From IMG/VR virus record IMGVR_UViG_3300025765_000001: 64,000 bases of DNA. The stretch is one strand, 5' to 3'. Shown here in pieces: positions 28,535 through 38,742 of the stretch; the stretch's first letter is position 1; the number at the start of each line of letters is the position of its first letter. The position numbers and the translations under genes are program-made. The notes beneath the pieces are model-generated. The model was not told the DNA's origin and made no database searches. It saw only the letters and a program-made list of their open reading frames with translations. Source of the DNA: a virus. Taxonomy: Duplodnaviria; Heunggongvirae; Uroviricota; Caudoviricetes.

Positions 28535-29851
28535 ATGAGTACCACCACCGAACTCGATGTGAAAACGGAAGCTGCAGAAACCCCAATTGAGGAGAACGAA
28601 CTACACGCAGTCTTGGCAGTTGCCAAGCAACTCGACTGGCTCGAACACGTCGAGGGCAATCTGTTCAAGGTCAAGGTCGATGCCATCCAAACCGCAGACG
28701 GGTCGCTGGATACCAAGCTGACCGATACCGTGTTCCGTGACCCCCGCTCCATGATCTTGCATCAGGGCGGCAAGAAGGGGCAGGTGACGGGCATCTCCAA
28801 ACAGGAGATGGACGAGAAGCGGGAAGACATTCGCATTCGTGGCCTGATGGACCCACTGATCCTACGATGGGTCAAGAATGAAAACGCCGACGAGTGGATC
28901 GACCCGGCTGAGTTCCACAAGGACGAACTGCCGCAGATACTCTCTGTGCAGGTGGTTGACGGCCACTTGCGACTCCGCTGCATCAAGAAGCTGCGGTCGG
29001 ACAAGGCCAAGTGCTACAACTCCGACAGCGGCCAAGTGGAAACCGCCCAGAAAGTCTACGACTACATCCTGTGCCGCATCATGGTCATGGACCACGAGAC
29101 GGCGTATCGCTATGCCTACAACGGCAACGACAAATCAACGCCGATGGGCGATGCCGCTGATGTGGCGAACGTCCGACAGTGGCGGCGATTCGGTTGGGAC
29201 GACGCCAAGATTCTTCAGACGACGGGCCACAGCCCGACGTGGTTGAAGGACATGAATGTCGTCGCCGGTCTGGACGAGCAGTGTTTCGATGCTCTGGCGA
29301 ACAAGGAAATCAACCTTGCCGTCGCCAAGGTACTTGCCAAGGTCGAAGACCTGGAAGAACGGCTTCAGCTTCTCTCCAAAGCCAAGGATGCTGCCAGTGA
29401 ACGTATCGCCAAAATTCAACTGAAGCTCCAGCAGGACTTGGACAAGGCCGATGCCGCCGCCGAGATCGCTGAGGCTGCTGCCGCCGACGCCGACCACCGT
29501 GGCGATTCCAAGGGCAAGGACAGGGCACAAAAGCGACTGGAGAAGGCAGGAAAGCGTAGGCGTCGTCTCACCGACGCAGCCCTGGCCGCAGGGTCTCGCC
29601 GCACTGCCGGGTCTCGTGACCTGCAAGATGGCCCGAAGAAGCTGACGCACGCCAAGGTCAGAAAGCACTGGTATGACCCGGTGTGCCTCTGGCTCAAAGA
29701 GGCCCGCAAGGAGAACCCCAAAGACCCGCTGGACGACATTGACGTTGATGACGCCCGGCTGGTCAAGAAACTGATCGACGCCCAGAACGAGGGCGAGACC
29801 GATCTGCGGAAGGTCTTGCGGACCCACAAGAAGGACAAGGAGAAGAAGTAA
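28535..29851 (+). CDS. ParB/Srx-like domain protein with charged helical C-terminus
   Basis: GLMDPLIL...VVDGHLR motif; strong RBS. Confidence 0.65.
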   Translation: MSTTTELDVKTEAAETPIEENELHAVLAVAKQLDWLEHVEGNLFKVKVDAIQTADGSLDTKLTDTVFRDPRSMILHQGGKKGQVTGISKQEMDEKREDIRIRGLMDPLILRWVKNENADEWIDPAEFHKDELPQILSVQVVDGHLRLRCIKKLRSDKAKCYNSDSGQVETAQKVYDYILCRIMVMDHETAYRYAYNGNDKSTPMGDAADVANVRQWRRFGWDDAKILQTTGHSPTWLKDMNVVAGLDEQCFDALANKEINLAVAKVLAKVEDLEERLQLLSKAKDAASERIAKIQLKLQQDLDKADAAAEIAEAAAADADHRGDSKGKDRAQKRLEKAGKRRRRLTDAALAAGSRRTAGSRDLQDGPKKLTHAKVRKHWYDPVCLWLKEARKENPKDPLDDIDVDDARLVKKLIDAQNEGETDLRKVLRTHKKDKEKK

Positions 29852-29880
29852 AACGACGGTTTGGCCTCGTCGTCCTCCGA

Positions 29881-29918
29881 CCCACCCCAGAGGCATCTGC
29901 CTCTGGGGTGGGTTTTTT
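29881..29918 (+). terminator. Intrinsic terminator
   Basis: CCCACCCCAGAGGC-ATCT-GCCTCTGGGGTGGG-TTTTTT. Confidence 0.85.
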
Positions 29919-29975
29919 ATTTTGATGGATACATACAGTAATGATTCACCCATTCACTGGAGGAATGCTTTCCTG

Positions 29976-30275
29976 ATGGGAATCTACCTCTGTCCTTATT
30001 GCGGACGTTCGCCCGGCAGGACGCTAGGCGACGGCATCACGACTTGTGATAACTGCTTGCAAGTTTTCGATAGTTCAGCTTTTCACAAAATACTCTCAGC
30101 GGCTTGGGTAGCAAGACGGCATAACGTCAATGATATAGAAGTGCTGCTACATAAGTGCGATCTAGAACGTGACCAAGCCGAGCTAGTAATGAAATACATT
30201 TCTGACGAGTTATATAGTCATGAAGAGTTTTTACATCTAGTCAGAGAGTCATTCTGCCTTGACAAGTGTGCCTGA
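29976..30275 (+). CDS. Zn-ribbon hypothetical protein
   Basis: CPYC...CDNC. Confidence 0.6.
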   Translation: MGIYLCPYCGRSPGRTLGDGITTCDNCLQVFDSSAFHKILSAAWVARRHNVNDIEVLLHKCDLERDQAELVMKYISDELYSHEEFLHLVRESFCLDKCA

Positions 30276-30319
30276 TTCTTGGATATTGTAGACACGTCTC
30301 TAATGAAGGCTGTGTCGCA

Positions 30320-30877
30320 ATGAGAATCAATCTATGGGCAGGTGCAGGAGCAGGCAAGTCAACTCTAGCGTCGTGGTTGTTTTCACAACTCAAGATGAAG
30401 GACTACAGCGTTGAGTTGGTCCATGAATACATCAAACAGTGGGCCTACATGAAACGTGTGCCGAAGTCCTTCGATCAAGTCTATATCTTCGGCAAGCAAT
30501 TACATGCCGAGGATATGGTTTTTCAGAGCGGCGTTGAACATCTCGTGACTGATAGTCCTCTCTGGATGCAGATCGTCTACGCCAGGAAGTACAATCTCCC
30601 TGTGTGGCGAGAATTGCTAGAAATCTGCCGTATCTTCGAGGAGCGGCATCCCTCTGTCAACATTCTGCTCGACCGGTCTGGTATTACATACCAACAAAAC
30701 GGACGCTATGAGACCTACGACCAAGCAAAGGAAGTAGATCGTCTCATGCACGAGTTCATGGCCGTCCATACATCGAATTTTCACATTGTCAAAGCTAGAG
30801 ATTACGAGTATATTTTAGCCCTCGTTGAACCGCTGCTCTCAGGGAGGGTTGTTGATGACGGCTGCGTTGTGTCTTGA
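30320..30877 (+). CDS. NadR/AAA_28-like P-loop kinase
   Basis: GAGAGKST Walker A; ELVHEY; TDSPL. Confidence 0.75.
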   Translation: MRINLWAGAGAGKSTLASWLFSQLKMKDYSVELVHEYIKQWAYMKRVPKSFDQVYIFGKQLHAEDMVFQSGVEHLVTDSPLWMQIVYARKYNLPVWRELLEICRIFEERHPSVNILLDRSGITYQQNGRYETYDQAKEVDRLMHEFMAVHTSNFHIVKARDYEYILALVEPLLSGRVVDDGCVVS

Positions 30878-31730
30878 TGGTAAAGCCGTTGCGAAGCAGA
30901 TTGAAAGCAACATTAAGAGGCGGGTGGAATCTCTGAAACGCCCGCCTCATCTCGTTGCCATCAATGCCTCGACCGAACCGGCCAGCGACATATATGTTGG
31001 GCACAAGCAGAGAGCGTGCGAACGTGTGGGCATACGAAGCACGCTAGTCAAAATGAGACAACCAGCTACGTTGTCTGGTTTGCGGCAAACAATACAGGAT
31101 TACAACTTAAATGATGGAGTTGACGGCATTCTCGTACAATTGCCGCTGCCGTTCGACCCAGGCCCGGTATTCGATGCTATTTCGCCAAAGAAAGATGTCG
31201 ATGTCTCCAACCCACACAACGTCGGCTTGCTTCTGCAAGGACGCCCCAGGTTTCTCACCTGCACCCCTCACGGCATTCAACACCTGTTGCGATACTACGA
31301 CATCGGCGTGCAAGGCAGGAAGGTTGTAGTAATCAATTCGTCCAACATCGTTGGCAAGCCGTTGTTCGCCCTGCTCGTCAATGACGGGGCGACAGTAACG
31401 ATATGCAACCACCACACGCCGCCAGCCATGTTGAAGCAAGCATGTCTGGCTTCCGAAATCGTCGTGGTTGCGGTTGGTATTCCAGGGTTCTTGACCGCAG
31501 ACATGGTTTCGAGCAATGCAGTTGTGGTTGATGTGGGGATCACCAGGAGGGATGGCAAGATATACGGCGATGTAGACTTCGAGAACGTGAGCAAAGTCGT
31601 TCGTGCCATTACGCCAGTGCCGGGCGGCGTGGGTCCGATGACTGTTGCGATGCTGCTTCAGAACACGGTGGAAGCTGCCGAGCAGCGTTCGATGACAAGC
31701 GACTTTACTTCGGTGTGCCCTCCACTATAA
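30855..31730 (+). CDS. folD: Bifunctional methylene-THF dehydrogenase/cyclohydrolase
   Basis: GILVQLPLP, KDVD, CTPHG, IVGKP, ITPVPGGVGPMTVAMLL. Confidence 0.95.
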   Translation: MTAALCLDGKAVAKQIESNIKRRVESLKRPPHLVAINASTEPASDIYVGHKQRACERVGIRSTLVKMRQPATLSGLRQTIQDYNLNDGVDGILVQLPLPFDPGPVFDAISPKKDVDVSNPHNVGLLLQGRPRFLTCTPHGIQHLLRYYDIGVQGRKVVVINSSNIVGKPLFALLVNDGATVTICNHHTPPAMLKQACLASEIVVVAVGIPGFLTADMVSSNAVVVDVGITRRDGKIYGDVDFENVSKVVRAITPVPGGVGPMTVAMLLQNTVEAAEQRSMTSDFTSVCPPL

Positions 31731-31752
31731 TGCTGCCCGGAGGTACGAGGCG

Positions 31753-32171
31753 ATGATTAAAGTTGGCATCTTGGGCGGAATCGCTTGCGGCAAAAGCACG
31801 ATCACAGAGTACATGCACCAACTCGGTGCATGTGTTCTTTTTGGCGATGCCATCGCCCATCGGGTTTTGGAGTACCCGGAGATCGTTGACCAGATGGAAG
31901 CACGCTGGTTGCCGAAGTACCCGCACTACCGACCGATCAAGGACATTACGGGAAAGGTGGTACGGAAGAACGTGGCCCAGATTGCCTTCGGAAACCCGGA
32001 GGAATTGCGTTTTCTGGAAGCGATCACTTGGCCTCTGATCCTGAAGGAGCTTCAGACTAGATAACTCAGGCGGAAACGAGTCTAGGCCGACCAGTGTACC
32101 GCATCGACAATGCTGGTGATATCGTGGAACTCAAACAACAGGTGGACGAGCTATGGCAGCAACTAACGTGA
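31753..32171 (+). pseudogene. coaE: Dephospho-CoA kinase with internal deletion and frameshift
   Basis: GILGGIACGKST N-terminus stops at 32064; C-terminal RIDNAGDIVELKQQVDELWQQL lies in another frame with the middle missing. Confidence 0.75.
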
Positions 32172-33361
32172 TCCGCCCGATGTCCGAACAGCAGGGAGTC
32201 GGGTTCTTTGCCATGACGCCTGTTGACGTGGCTCCAGGGTATCGCTATGAGCAGAAGGGGCGATACCACAACTACCACTTTACCCAAGATAACTGGTTCT
32301 GGCCCGAAGCGGTCAAGGCCAACAACCGCCATGACGCCAGTTTCAATATGGACGCCTTCTCGCCCAATCTCAATAAACGTCTACATATTGGGCATCTTCG
32401 TCAACTAGTCCTGGCGACGGCCTACCGTCGCTTGTTGCCCAACGTCCGCTTCGTAGCTCTGCTGGGAAAGTCCATCGGCTATCTCCCAGGGGCTATGTCA
32501 CGCCTACAGGGGTGGTTCGATTTCCTTGCTTACCATCCTGCTATCACTATGGACGACATGATGGCAGAGGTAGACAAGCAGGAAGACCTGATCCCCAAGG
32601 TGGACGGCGAAGGCGAATACACTGGCTGCAAGGTGTGGGTCGGCCCAACGGGGCCGGTGGTCGTTCGTCGTTCCGATGGCACGGCAACCTACGCTCTACA
32701 CGATCTAGTTTTCGCCAACAAGGTAGAGCCACGCTACTATGTCACAGGAGAGGAGCAGAAGGGTCACTTTGCGTCTCTGGGGCTGGCCGATAAGCACCTT
32801 TCAATGGGACTCGTGCTTGATGCAGCGACCGGCAAGAAGATGAAGTCTCGTGACGGCACCGCTATGGACGCCGACGATGCAATGGCGATGGTCCAGAGCA
32901 AGTTGAGCGAGACGCCGGACCCAAAGAAACTAGCATGGAACGTGCTTGCTTGGAACTTCCTGCACGTTTCCCGCACACAGAACGTCACCTTCGATCCTGC
33001 GAAGTGGACGCATCCCGATAGTCCTGGGATGTATATCACGTACACTTACGCTCGTGTTGCCTCAGCCTTGAAGAAGGCGATCATCGAAACCGCCCACCGA
33101 GATGAATTTACGGAGGGCGATATTGCTCTTCTGGGGATGACGAGCTACTTACCATACTGGCTCAACCGCAGCTACGAGACGATGAATTTCGCTGGGTTGG
33201 CTAACTATGTTCATGATTTGGCACGTAGGCTCGTTAATGCCTACCACGCCGAGTCTATTAAGGATGGGCGGGTCGGCTTTAAGGCCGCTGTTTTCACCGC
33301 ATTTACTTGTCTAGGACAGACAATGAACCACTTGGGAATGTTCCCACTGGAACAAGTATAG
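32153..33361 (+). CDS. argS: Compact arginyl-tRNA synthetase
   Basis: SPNLNKRLHIGHLR, RSDG.ATY..HD, YVTGEEQKGHF, KMKSRDG, YITYTYARV. Confidence 0.85.
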   Translation: MAATNVIRPMSEQQGVGFFAMTPVDVAPGYRYEQKGRYHNYHFTQDNWFWPEAVKANNRHDASFNMDAFSPNLNKRLHIGHLRQLVLATAYRRLLPNVRFVALLGKSIGYLPGAMSRLQGWFDFLAYHPAITMDDMMAEVDKQEDLIPKVDGEGEYTGCKVWVGPTGPVVVRRSDGTATYALHDLVFANKVEPRYYVTGEEQKGHFASLGLADKHLSMGLVLDAATGKKMKSRDGTAMDADDAMAMVQSKLSETPDPKKLAWNVLAWNFLHVSRTQNVTFDPAKWTHPDSPGMYITYTYARVASALKKAIIETAHRDEFTEGDIALLGMTSYLPYWLNRSYETMNFAGLANYVHDLARRLVNAYHAESIKDGRVGFKAAVFTAFTCLGQTMNHLGMFPLEQV

Positions 33362-33362
33362 T

Positions 33363-34445
33363 GTGGGGTGTTTAATGCAGGACATGACACGAGCAGAACT
33401 GGAGGAACTAATCCAAAGGATGCTGAAGGACCGGCACCCGATCAAACTCTTCTCCCTGAATGCTTCGGCGGACTACGCACGTCAAGTAGTCGAGCATTTG
33501 GGAGTGAAACTGATAGATCATCACGAACCCTTCTTCGAGGACGGCGAGGCGTACTGCCGGGCGTCGGACGGGACTTCAGGTAACGTCCGTGGGCACGATG
33601 TCTATGTCATTCACTCTCTATACTCCGACGAGAACGAGAGCGTGAACGACAAACTGGTGAAGCTGGCTATCCTCTGCGGAAGTTTGCGTCAAGCCAGTGC
33701 CTACTCGATCACGGCGGTAATTCCTCACTTGGCCTACGCTCGCCAGGATCAAAAGGACAAGAGCCGTGCCCCGGTAACAACGAAGCTCATTGCTTGTATG
33801 CTAGAGTCGGTAGGCGTCAACCGATTCTTGTTCATCGACGCTCACAATGTCGCTGCTGAACAGAATGCGTTCGATATCCATACCAACATCGACAACCTCG
33901 AATGCAAGAATCTACATGCGGCGTGGTGTGCCGAGCATCTTCGGGGCAATACGAAGCGGGTCGCCGTCCTTTCGCCCGACACAGGCGGTCTCAAGCGAGC
34001 AGACGCCTTCCGTAAATCCCTTGCCAAAACTCTCGGCATTAAGCCGACACAGCTAGACGTGGTGATCTACGACAAGATCAGAGACAAGGACACAGGGAAG
34101 GTGAACGGCGGGCGAGTCATCGGCGATGTGAAGGATTCGTTGGTTATCGCTGTAGATGATATGATTAGCACTGGCGGGACCATTGCCCAGGCGTGTCAGG
34201 CAGTGAAGAAGTTCGGGGGCGAGGTATTCGCTGTCTGTGTTACACACGGCTTGTTTGTGGGAGACGCTAATCCCAATCTAGAGAAGATTGATGCCCATCT
34301 CGTTGTCGGGGATACAGTCTCTCCCTATCGTCTGAATGATGCCAACCGCCGCAAGCTACACGTCGTCAATACGACAAAGCTGGTCGCAGATGCGATACGC
34401 CGAATCCACAGCGGAACCGGTTCCATATCGGAGCTATTGTCGTGA
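33363..34445 (+). CDS. prs: Ribose-phosphate pyrophosphokinase
   Basis: F.DGE, VIPHLAYARQD, DAH, SPDTGG, VDDMISTGGT, THGLF. Confidence 0.9.
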   Translation: MGCLMQDMTRAELEELIQRMLKDRHPIKLFSLNASADYARQVVEHLGVKLIDHHEPFFEDGEAYCRASDGTSGNVRGHDVYVIHSLYSDENESVNDKLVKLAILCGSLRQASAYSITAVIPHLAYARQDQKDKSRAPVTTKLIACMLESVGVNRFLFIDAHNVAAEQNAFDIHTNIDNLECKNLHAAWCAEHLRGNTKRVAVLSPDTGGLKRADAFRKSLAKTLGIKPTQLDVVIYDKIRDKDTGKVNGGRVIGDVKDSLVIAVDDMISTGGTIAQACQAVKKFGGEVFAVCVTHGLFVGDANPNLEKIDAHLVVGDTVSPYRLNDANRRKLHVVNTTKLVADAIRRIHSGTGSISELLS

Positions 34446-34453
34446 TGTCCACC

Positions 34454-34496
34454 AAACAAGCACAGGCCCAGCAATGCTGGGCCTGTGCTTGTTTTT
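34454..34496. terminator. Bidirectional terminator
   Basis: AAACAAGCACAGGCCCAGC-AAT-GCTGGGCCTGTGCTTGTTT long perfect hairpin. Confidence 0.85.
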
Positions 34497-34688
34497 CTAG
34501 GAAGCCAGAGCCGGGGCTAATCTCTTGCCTTCCAACTCCGACCGCAATACAATAACATCCTTGGATGCATCTATTCCTACACGCACCCGATTCTGGTTGT
34601 CGATGCGAACTATCGTGATGGCGATATCGTCCTTGCCCGGCACCTTCAGCACGATTTTCTCGTCCTGTTTCCTTGATAAGACCAGCAT
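34497..34688 (-). CDS. csrA: Second CsrA-family protein
   Basis: MLVLSRKQDEKI...RVRVGIDA...VLRSEL. Confidence 0.85.
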   Translation of the reverse strand: MLVLSRKQDEKIVLKVPGKDDIAITIVRIDNQNRVRVGIDASKDVIVLRSELEGKRLAPALAS

Positions 34689-34921
34689 ACTAGCTCCTTT
34701 CTATGGTCGCCTTGCTAGTCTAAGAGAGAACGAATTTCGGAAAAATTCTACCATGTACCCCTTCACAACGGCTAGTCGCAGCAGTATACTTGGCTGTAGA
34801 GGGGATGGAATGCTCGAACCCCCAAGCAGTAGGCAAAGCGAGAAAATCGGCCTCTTCTCGCAAAGCCTTGGTAAAAACCAAGATAGGGGCCTGTTCAACC
34901 GTCTAGGTTAGGAGGATTCCG

Positions 34922-35431
34922 ATGAGTTTGCTGGCTATTCTCGAACGTCAGCGGGAGGAACTGTCAGGGCAGAAGGCCCAACTGGAAAAGCAACTCGACT
35001 GGCTTACGAACAAGATCGAGAACGTGGAAGCGGACATCAACGAAGTCCGTGAGTTCGAGCCGGAAGAGGGCAATTCCGAGGCCGCATCCCCCGCACCCGC
35101 CACGAACGGTCGTCGTACTCACCACACTCGTGCGGTCGCCTCGTTCACGAAGGAAGGCGGCACCCGCAAGCGTGCCAAGAACGACGTTCCGTTGAAAACC
35201 CTGGTGTTGTCGATCCTGAAGAAGCACCGCAACGGCCTTATCTTGGGGGATATCGTCGTCAAGTGCCGTGAAGCAGGCTATAAGTCGAGCGTGGACGACA
35301 AGAACCCGGAGCGGTTCCCGCAGATCGTTTACCAGCAGCTTCACAAGCTGATGAATCCGCCGAAGGGCACCAACGCCCAGGTGGAACGCTCCAGCAAGGA
35401 CAAGAGCAAGTACATGCTGGTTGCCGCCTAA
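34922..35431 (+). CDS. Coiled-coil plus winged-helix-like putative DNA-binding protein
   Basis: AGGAGG RBS; LKTLVLSIL...LILGDIV. Confidence 0.65.
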   Translation: MSLLAILERQREELSGQKAQLEKQLDWLTNKIENVEADINEVREFEPEEGNSEAASPAPATNGRRTHHTRAVASFTKEGGTRKRAKNDVPLKTLVLSILKKHRNGLILGDIVVKCREAGYKSSVDDKNPERFPQIVYQQLHKLMNPPKGTNAQVERSSKDKSKYMLVAA

Positions 35432-35653
35432 GCGTCCGGCAACACGTCTGATTCGCAACGGCCCGGCGTCCTCGCCGGGCCGTTTCTTTTTGTTTTTACA
35501 ATGTGGCGTGAGAGAATAGAATGGAGTCTGCACCTGTGCCGGAAGAATCGGTCGTAGGGTCGCTCAACTGGTGCCAGAAACGAAGCCGGTGACGCAGGCC
35601 CAGCGTTAAAGCAAGCCGTTGGCCTAAGTGGATTCGTTGGCTTTGGGGCGGTT

Positions 35654-35725
35654 GACCTCGTAGCTCAATGGTAGAGCATCGCCCTTTTAAGGCGAGGGTT
35701 GTGGGTTCGAGTCCCACCGGGGTCA
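35654..35725 (+). tRNA. tRNA-Lys(UUU)
   Basis: GACCTCG/CGGGGTC acceptor, TAGCTCAATGGTAGAGC, loop CTTTTAA, GGTTCGAGTCC. Confidence 0.95.
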
Positions 35726-36117
35726 CTAGAGTTCAGCTACACCTTTATCTTGGAGGACTTTCATCAGGGTTTTCTTGGCAACGTTGACTCGACTCTTGAC
35801 TGTTCCTTTGGGAATTTCAAGGCGAGCCGCACTGGTCTCCTCTGGCTCATCTTCGTAATACCGACCATGTTGTTCGATAACCTGTTTCACATGATGTCTG
35901 TTGTCCTAGCACTGCTGCTGGGCGAATACTACAAAAACAAGGTGCGGTCGGCTCTGAGGTTGGTCGGCGACACTTTTGATGATCGGATTATGCACGCTGC
36001 CTTTGCCATCATCTCATGGAAGGCCATCTCTTGTCTTGAGTGGTACGTAATGTTGATCGTTGTTGTGCCGCTGCTAATTTTGCTTTTCAGTATTACTCGA
36101 ATTATACGAGGCTCATC

Positions 36118-36444
36118 ATGAGACGAGTCGTATTACGTCACAACAAGGTCTTGCACGGCTTGACCATTCATCAACTGTTGATACTCTATGTTGTGAATAG
36201 GTTGGGTGAGCCTACATCGAACGAGATCGCCGAGGAGTATCATCGATTGACTAAAATCGATATGGCGTATAACTTCCAGTATATCATGCCAAAGCGGTTG
36301 CATAAACAAGGACTGTTGCACGCCGCCCAAGTCAAAAGTGATCGTGGGCAGTGGGTGTATTGTTGGAGTCTGACAGCGAAGGGCAAAGAAATTCTGAAGA
36401 GTGGTCTAGCTCTAACGGGAGCCTTCACAGGAGGCAGAAGATGA
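36118..36444 (+). CDS. PadR-like winged-helix protein
   Basis: RLHKQGLL...W.Y.WSLTAKGKE.L. Confidence 0.55.
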   Translation: MRRVVLRHNKVLHGLTIHQLLILYVVNRLGEPTSNEIAEEYHRLTKIDMAYNFQYIMPKRLHKQGLLHAAQVKSDRGQWVYCWSLTAKGKEILKSGLALTGAFTGGRR

Positions 36445-36447
36445 TGA

Positions 36448-36759
36448 CGTCTGACGAATTCATGAAGGTTGCCTTTTAAGAGTTTCTACGTCAAAAAGGG
36501 TAGGCGATATCTTGAGAACAAGCTGTATGAGAACATTCTAGTCCTCTCCAATATCGAAGCAAAGAAACCGGGCAAGGGTACTTTGACTCGGTTCATCATT
36601 GACTTTCGGGCAAAGTACCCAGGCGTCCCGATCATTGTTGAGTGTGTTCTACAGGTTCGTTTCGCCGAGGGGCTGCTGAAGCGTGGCTTCAAAGAATACG
36701 AGTATTCACCGCAGAACTATTACCTGCTACCAGAGGACTCATTTGTTGTCTTTGGTTGA
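36448..36759 (+). CDS. Hypothetical GNAT-like protein (5' end frameshifted)
   Basis: LSNIEA..PGKGTL...VECVL..RF; the nearest ATG is out of frame. Confidence 0.45.
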
Positions 36760-37314
36760 TTCCATCAGTGCTTGTACGTTGTCTTTGCAGAAGCCGTGTT
36801 CGCCTCTCTCGATGAACTCGTATATCACGCCAGTTAAGGCAGATGGCCTAGTAAAGACTTGAGTTAGACCTGGGCATTTCATTGGCTCCACTGACGAGAA
36901 TTCAGCGTAGCCCTTCTCCTTCCATTCATTCATCTTTTCTTCGACTGAATTAACTAGATAAGCCATATGATGGATACCGCCAACACCATCTCGGTGGGCA
37001 ACCCATCTTCCAACAATAGAATCCGGCGATCCATCCGAGACGAAAATCTCTGGCGGCAGGTGGTACTCCTGCACCACACTTTGCAAGCCGTCCGGACCTT
37101 CTGGGTCAGGCAGGTAAACCGCTTCACCGACTGTCCACGGCACCGATTTGTCAAGTTTTTCTGGGGGTTCCAAAGCGATGCATTTGGTGGTGCTGCCATC
37201 AGGGAACACGATGTCAAATTCGGTCTGCAATTTGTAACCAAACGCCTCCATAAAGAAGCGAGCGGTCGCCCAGCGGTCGGCGACTCGGTAGGCAACGTGG
37301 TCTAATCGCATTTT
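36739..37314 (-). CDS. VOC/glyoxalase superfamily protein
   Basis: MRLDHVAYRV; GGIHHMAY.V; GVIYEFI. Confidence 0.75.
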   Translation of the reverse strand, partial: KMRLDHVAYRVADRWATARFFMEAFGYKLQTEFDIVFPDGSTTKCIALEPPEKLDKSVPWTVGEAVYLPDPEGPDGLQSVVQEYHLPPEIFVSDGSPDSIVGRWVAHRDGVGGIHHMAYLVNSVEEKMNEWKEKGYAEFSSVEPMKCPGLTQVFTRPSALTGVIYEFIERGEHGFCKDNVQALMESTKDNK

Positions 37315-37443
37315 TGCTCCTTTTGGTAAATGACCTAAAGCCAACTCTACTAAGGGAGTAACGCTGGGGTGATTTCGGTTTTACAACACCTGCTTTTCAC
37401 AGTAAAATGTAGTAGGATAGATATTTAGCCGAGCCGGGAGGAG

Positions 37444-38742
37444 ATGATGAGCCGGAAGAAAAGGGATGGAATGACAGCTACCACTGGTGAAATTTGTGAT
37501 TTCTGCACCAAGCCTCGTAAAGAGGTTGGCCCATTCGTGGAAGGCCCAGGGTCCGAAGCGAACGGCAATATGAAGGTGTTCATTTGCCGGAACTGCCTGG
37601 AGTACGGCGTGGTCTTGATGGACAAGGAGGAAAAGAGGCTCAAAGGCGAACAGAAGAAGGTTCTAGAACGCATTCCTCGCCCCATCCAGATCGTGGAGCA
37701 TCTGGACCAGTACATTATCGGCCAAGACACAGCAAAACGTGTCCTGGCAGTGGCCGTGATCAACCACTACAAGCGAGTGCTGAACGAGGCTGTGTTTCGC
37801 CGTATTCGCAACACCGACGATCCGCTCGCAGAAGTAGAGATCGACAAGTCCAACTTGCTTCTCATTGGGCCAACGGGCTGCGGTAAGACGCTCCTTGCCC
37901 AAACCTTGGCACGGCTGCTCAATGTGCCTTTCGCTATCGGCGATGCTACAACGTTGACTGAGGCTGGCTACGTCGGCGAAGACGTGGAGAACCTGCTGCT
38001 CAAATTGTTGCAAACCTGCAACATGGAAGTAGAGGCTGCTGAGCAGGGGATCATCTACATTGACGAGGTAGATAAGATAGGACGTTCAAACCGCAACGTC
38101 TCTATCACCAGAGATGTGAGTGGCGAAGGTGTTCAACAAGCCCTACTCAAGATGCTGGAGGGCACTGTTGCCAATGTACCTCCTGGCGGTGGTCGTAAGC
38201 ACCCGGAACAACAATACATTCAACTGGACACCAGCAACATCCTCTTCATTTGCGGAGGTACGTTCACCGGGCTGGAAGATATTATCCAGCGGCGACTCGG
38301 CAAAAGACAAATCGGTTTTGGCTCTAAGCCGACGACCGATGTAGAGAAGAGATTGATCCTCTCCAAAGTAGTTGATGAGGACTTGATCGAGTTTGGCATG
38401 ATCCCAGAGTTTGTTGGTCGGCTACCTGTCAAGACGACTATGGACAAGATGAATCTCGATGCACTCAAGTCTATCCTGACTACGCCGAAGAACGCCCTGC
38501 TGAAGCAGTACAAGAAGCTCTTCGCAATGGACGATGTGAAATTGGAGATCGAGGAAGCCGCCATCGAAATGATTGCGACTAAGGCTCTGGAACGGGAAAC
38601 GGGTGCTAGAGCGTTGCGAGGGGTGGTCGAGACCGTGATGAATGACTACATGTTCGATCTGCCAGATATGGCGAACGGAACTACTTTTATTTTGACCACC
38701 AAGATGGTCGAAGACAAGATGAAGAAAAAAGAGGCAGCATAA
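37444..38742 (+). CDS. clpX: ATP-dependent Clp protease ATP-binding subunit ClpX
   Basis: N-terminal C4 zinc finger, [26 protein letters not shown] loop, GARALR. Confidence 0.95.
   Translation: MMSRKKRDGMTATTGEICDFCTKPRKEVGPFVEGPGSEANGNMKVFICRNCLEYGVVLMDKEEKRLKGEQKKVLERIPRPIQIVEHLDQYIIGQDTAKRVLAVAVINHYKRVLNEAVFRRIRNTDDPLAEVEIDKSNLLLIGPTGCGKTLLAQTLARLLNVPFAIGDATTLTEAGYVGEDVENLLLKLLQTCNMEVEAAEQGIIYIDEVDKIGRSNRNVSITRDVSGEGVQQALLKMLEGTVANVPPGGGRKHPEQQYIQLDTSNILFICGGTFTGLEDIIQRRLGKRQIGFGSKPTTDVEKRLILSKVVDEDLIEFGMIPEFVGRLPVKTTMDKMNLDALKSILTTPKNALLKQYKKLFAMDDVKLEIEEAAIEMIATKALERETGARALRGVVETVMNDYMFDLPDMANGTTFILTTKMVEDKMKKKEAA

Noticed and set aside
29135-29953. Long antisense ORFs opposite GC-rich genes (also 34964-35533, 50030-50635, 54575-55393)
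   Set aside because: Shadow ORFs from codon bias of the sense genes; no RBS or recognisable motifs.
33363-34445. prs as the NARP1 Adps NAD-reconstitution enzyme
   Set aside because: No Nampt/Namat partner is visible in the window, and the sequence looks like canonical Prs in a folD-coaE-argS housekeeping run.
35523-35650. Leader before tRNA-Lys as an additional RNA gene
   Set aside because: Some pairing potential, but no tRNA, tmRNA, SRP or RNase P signature was recognisable.
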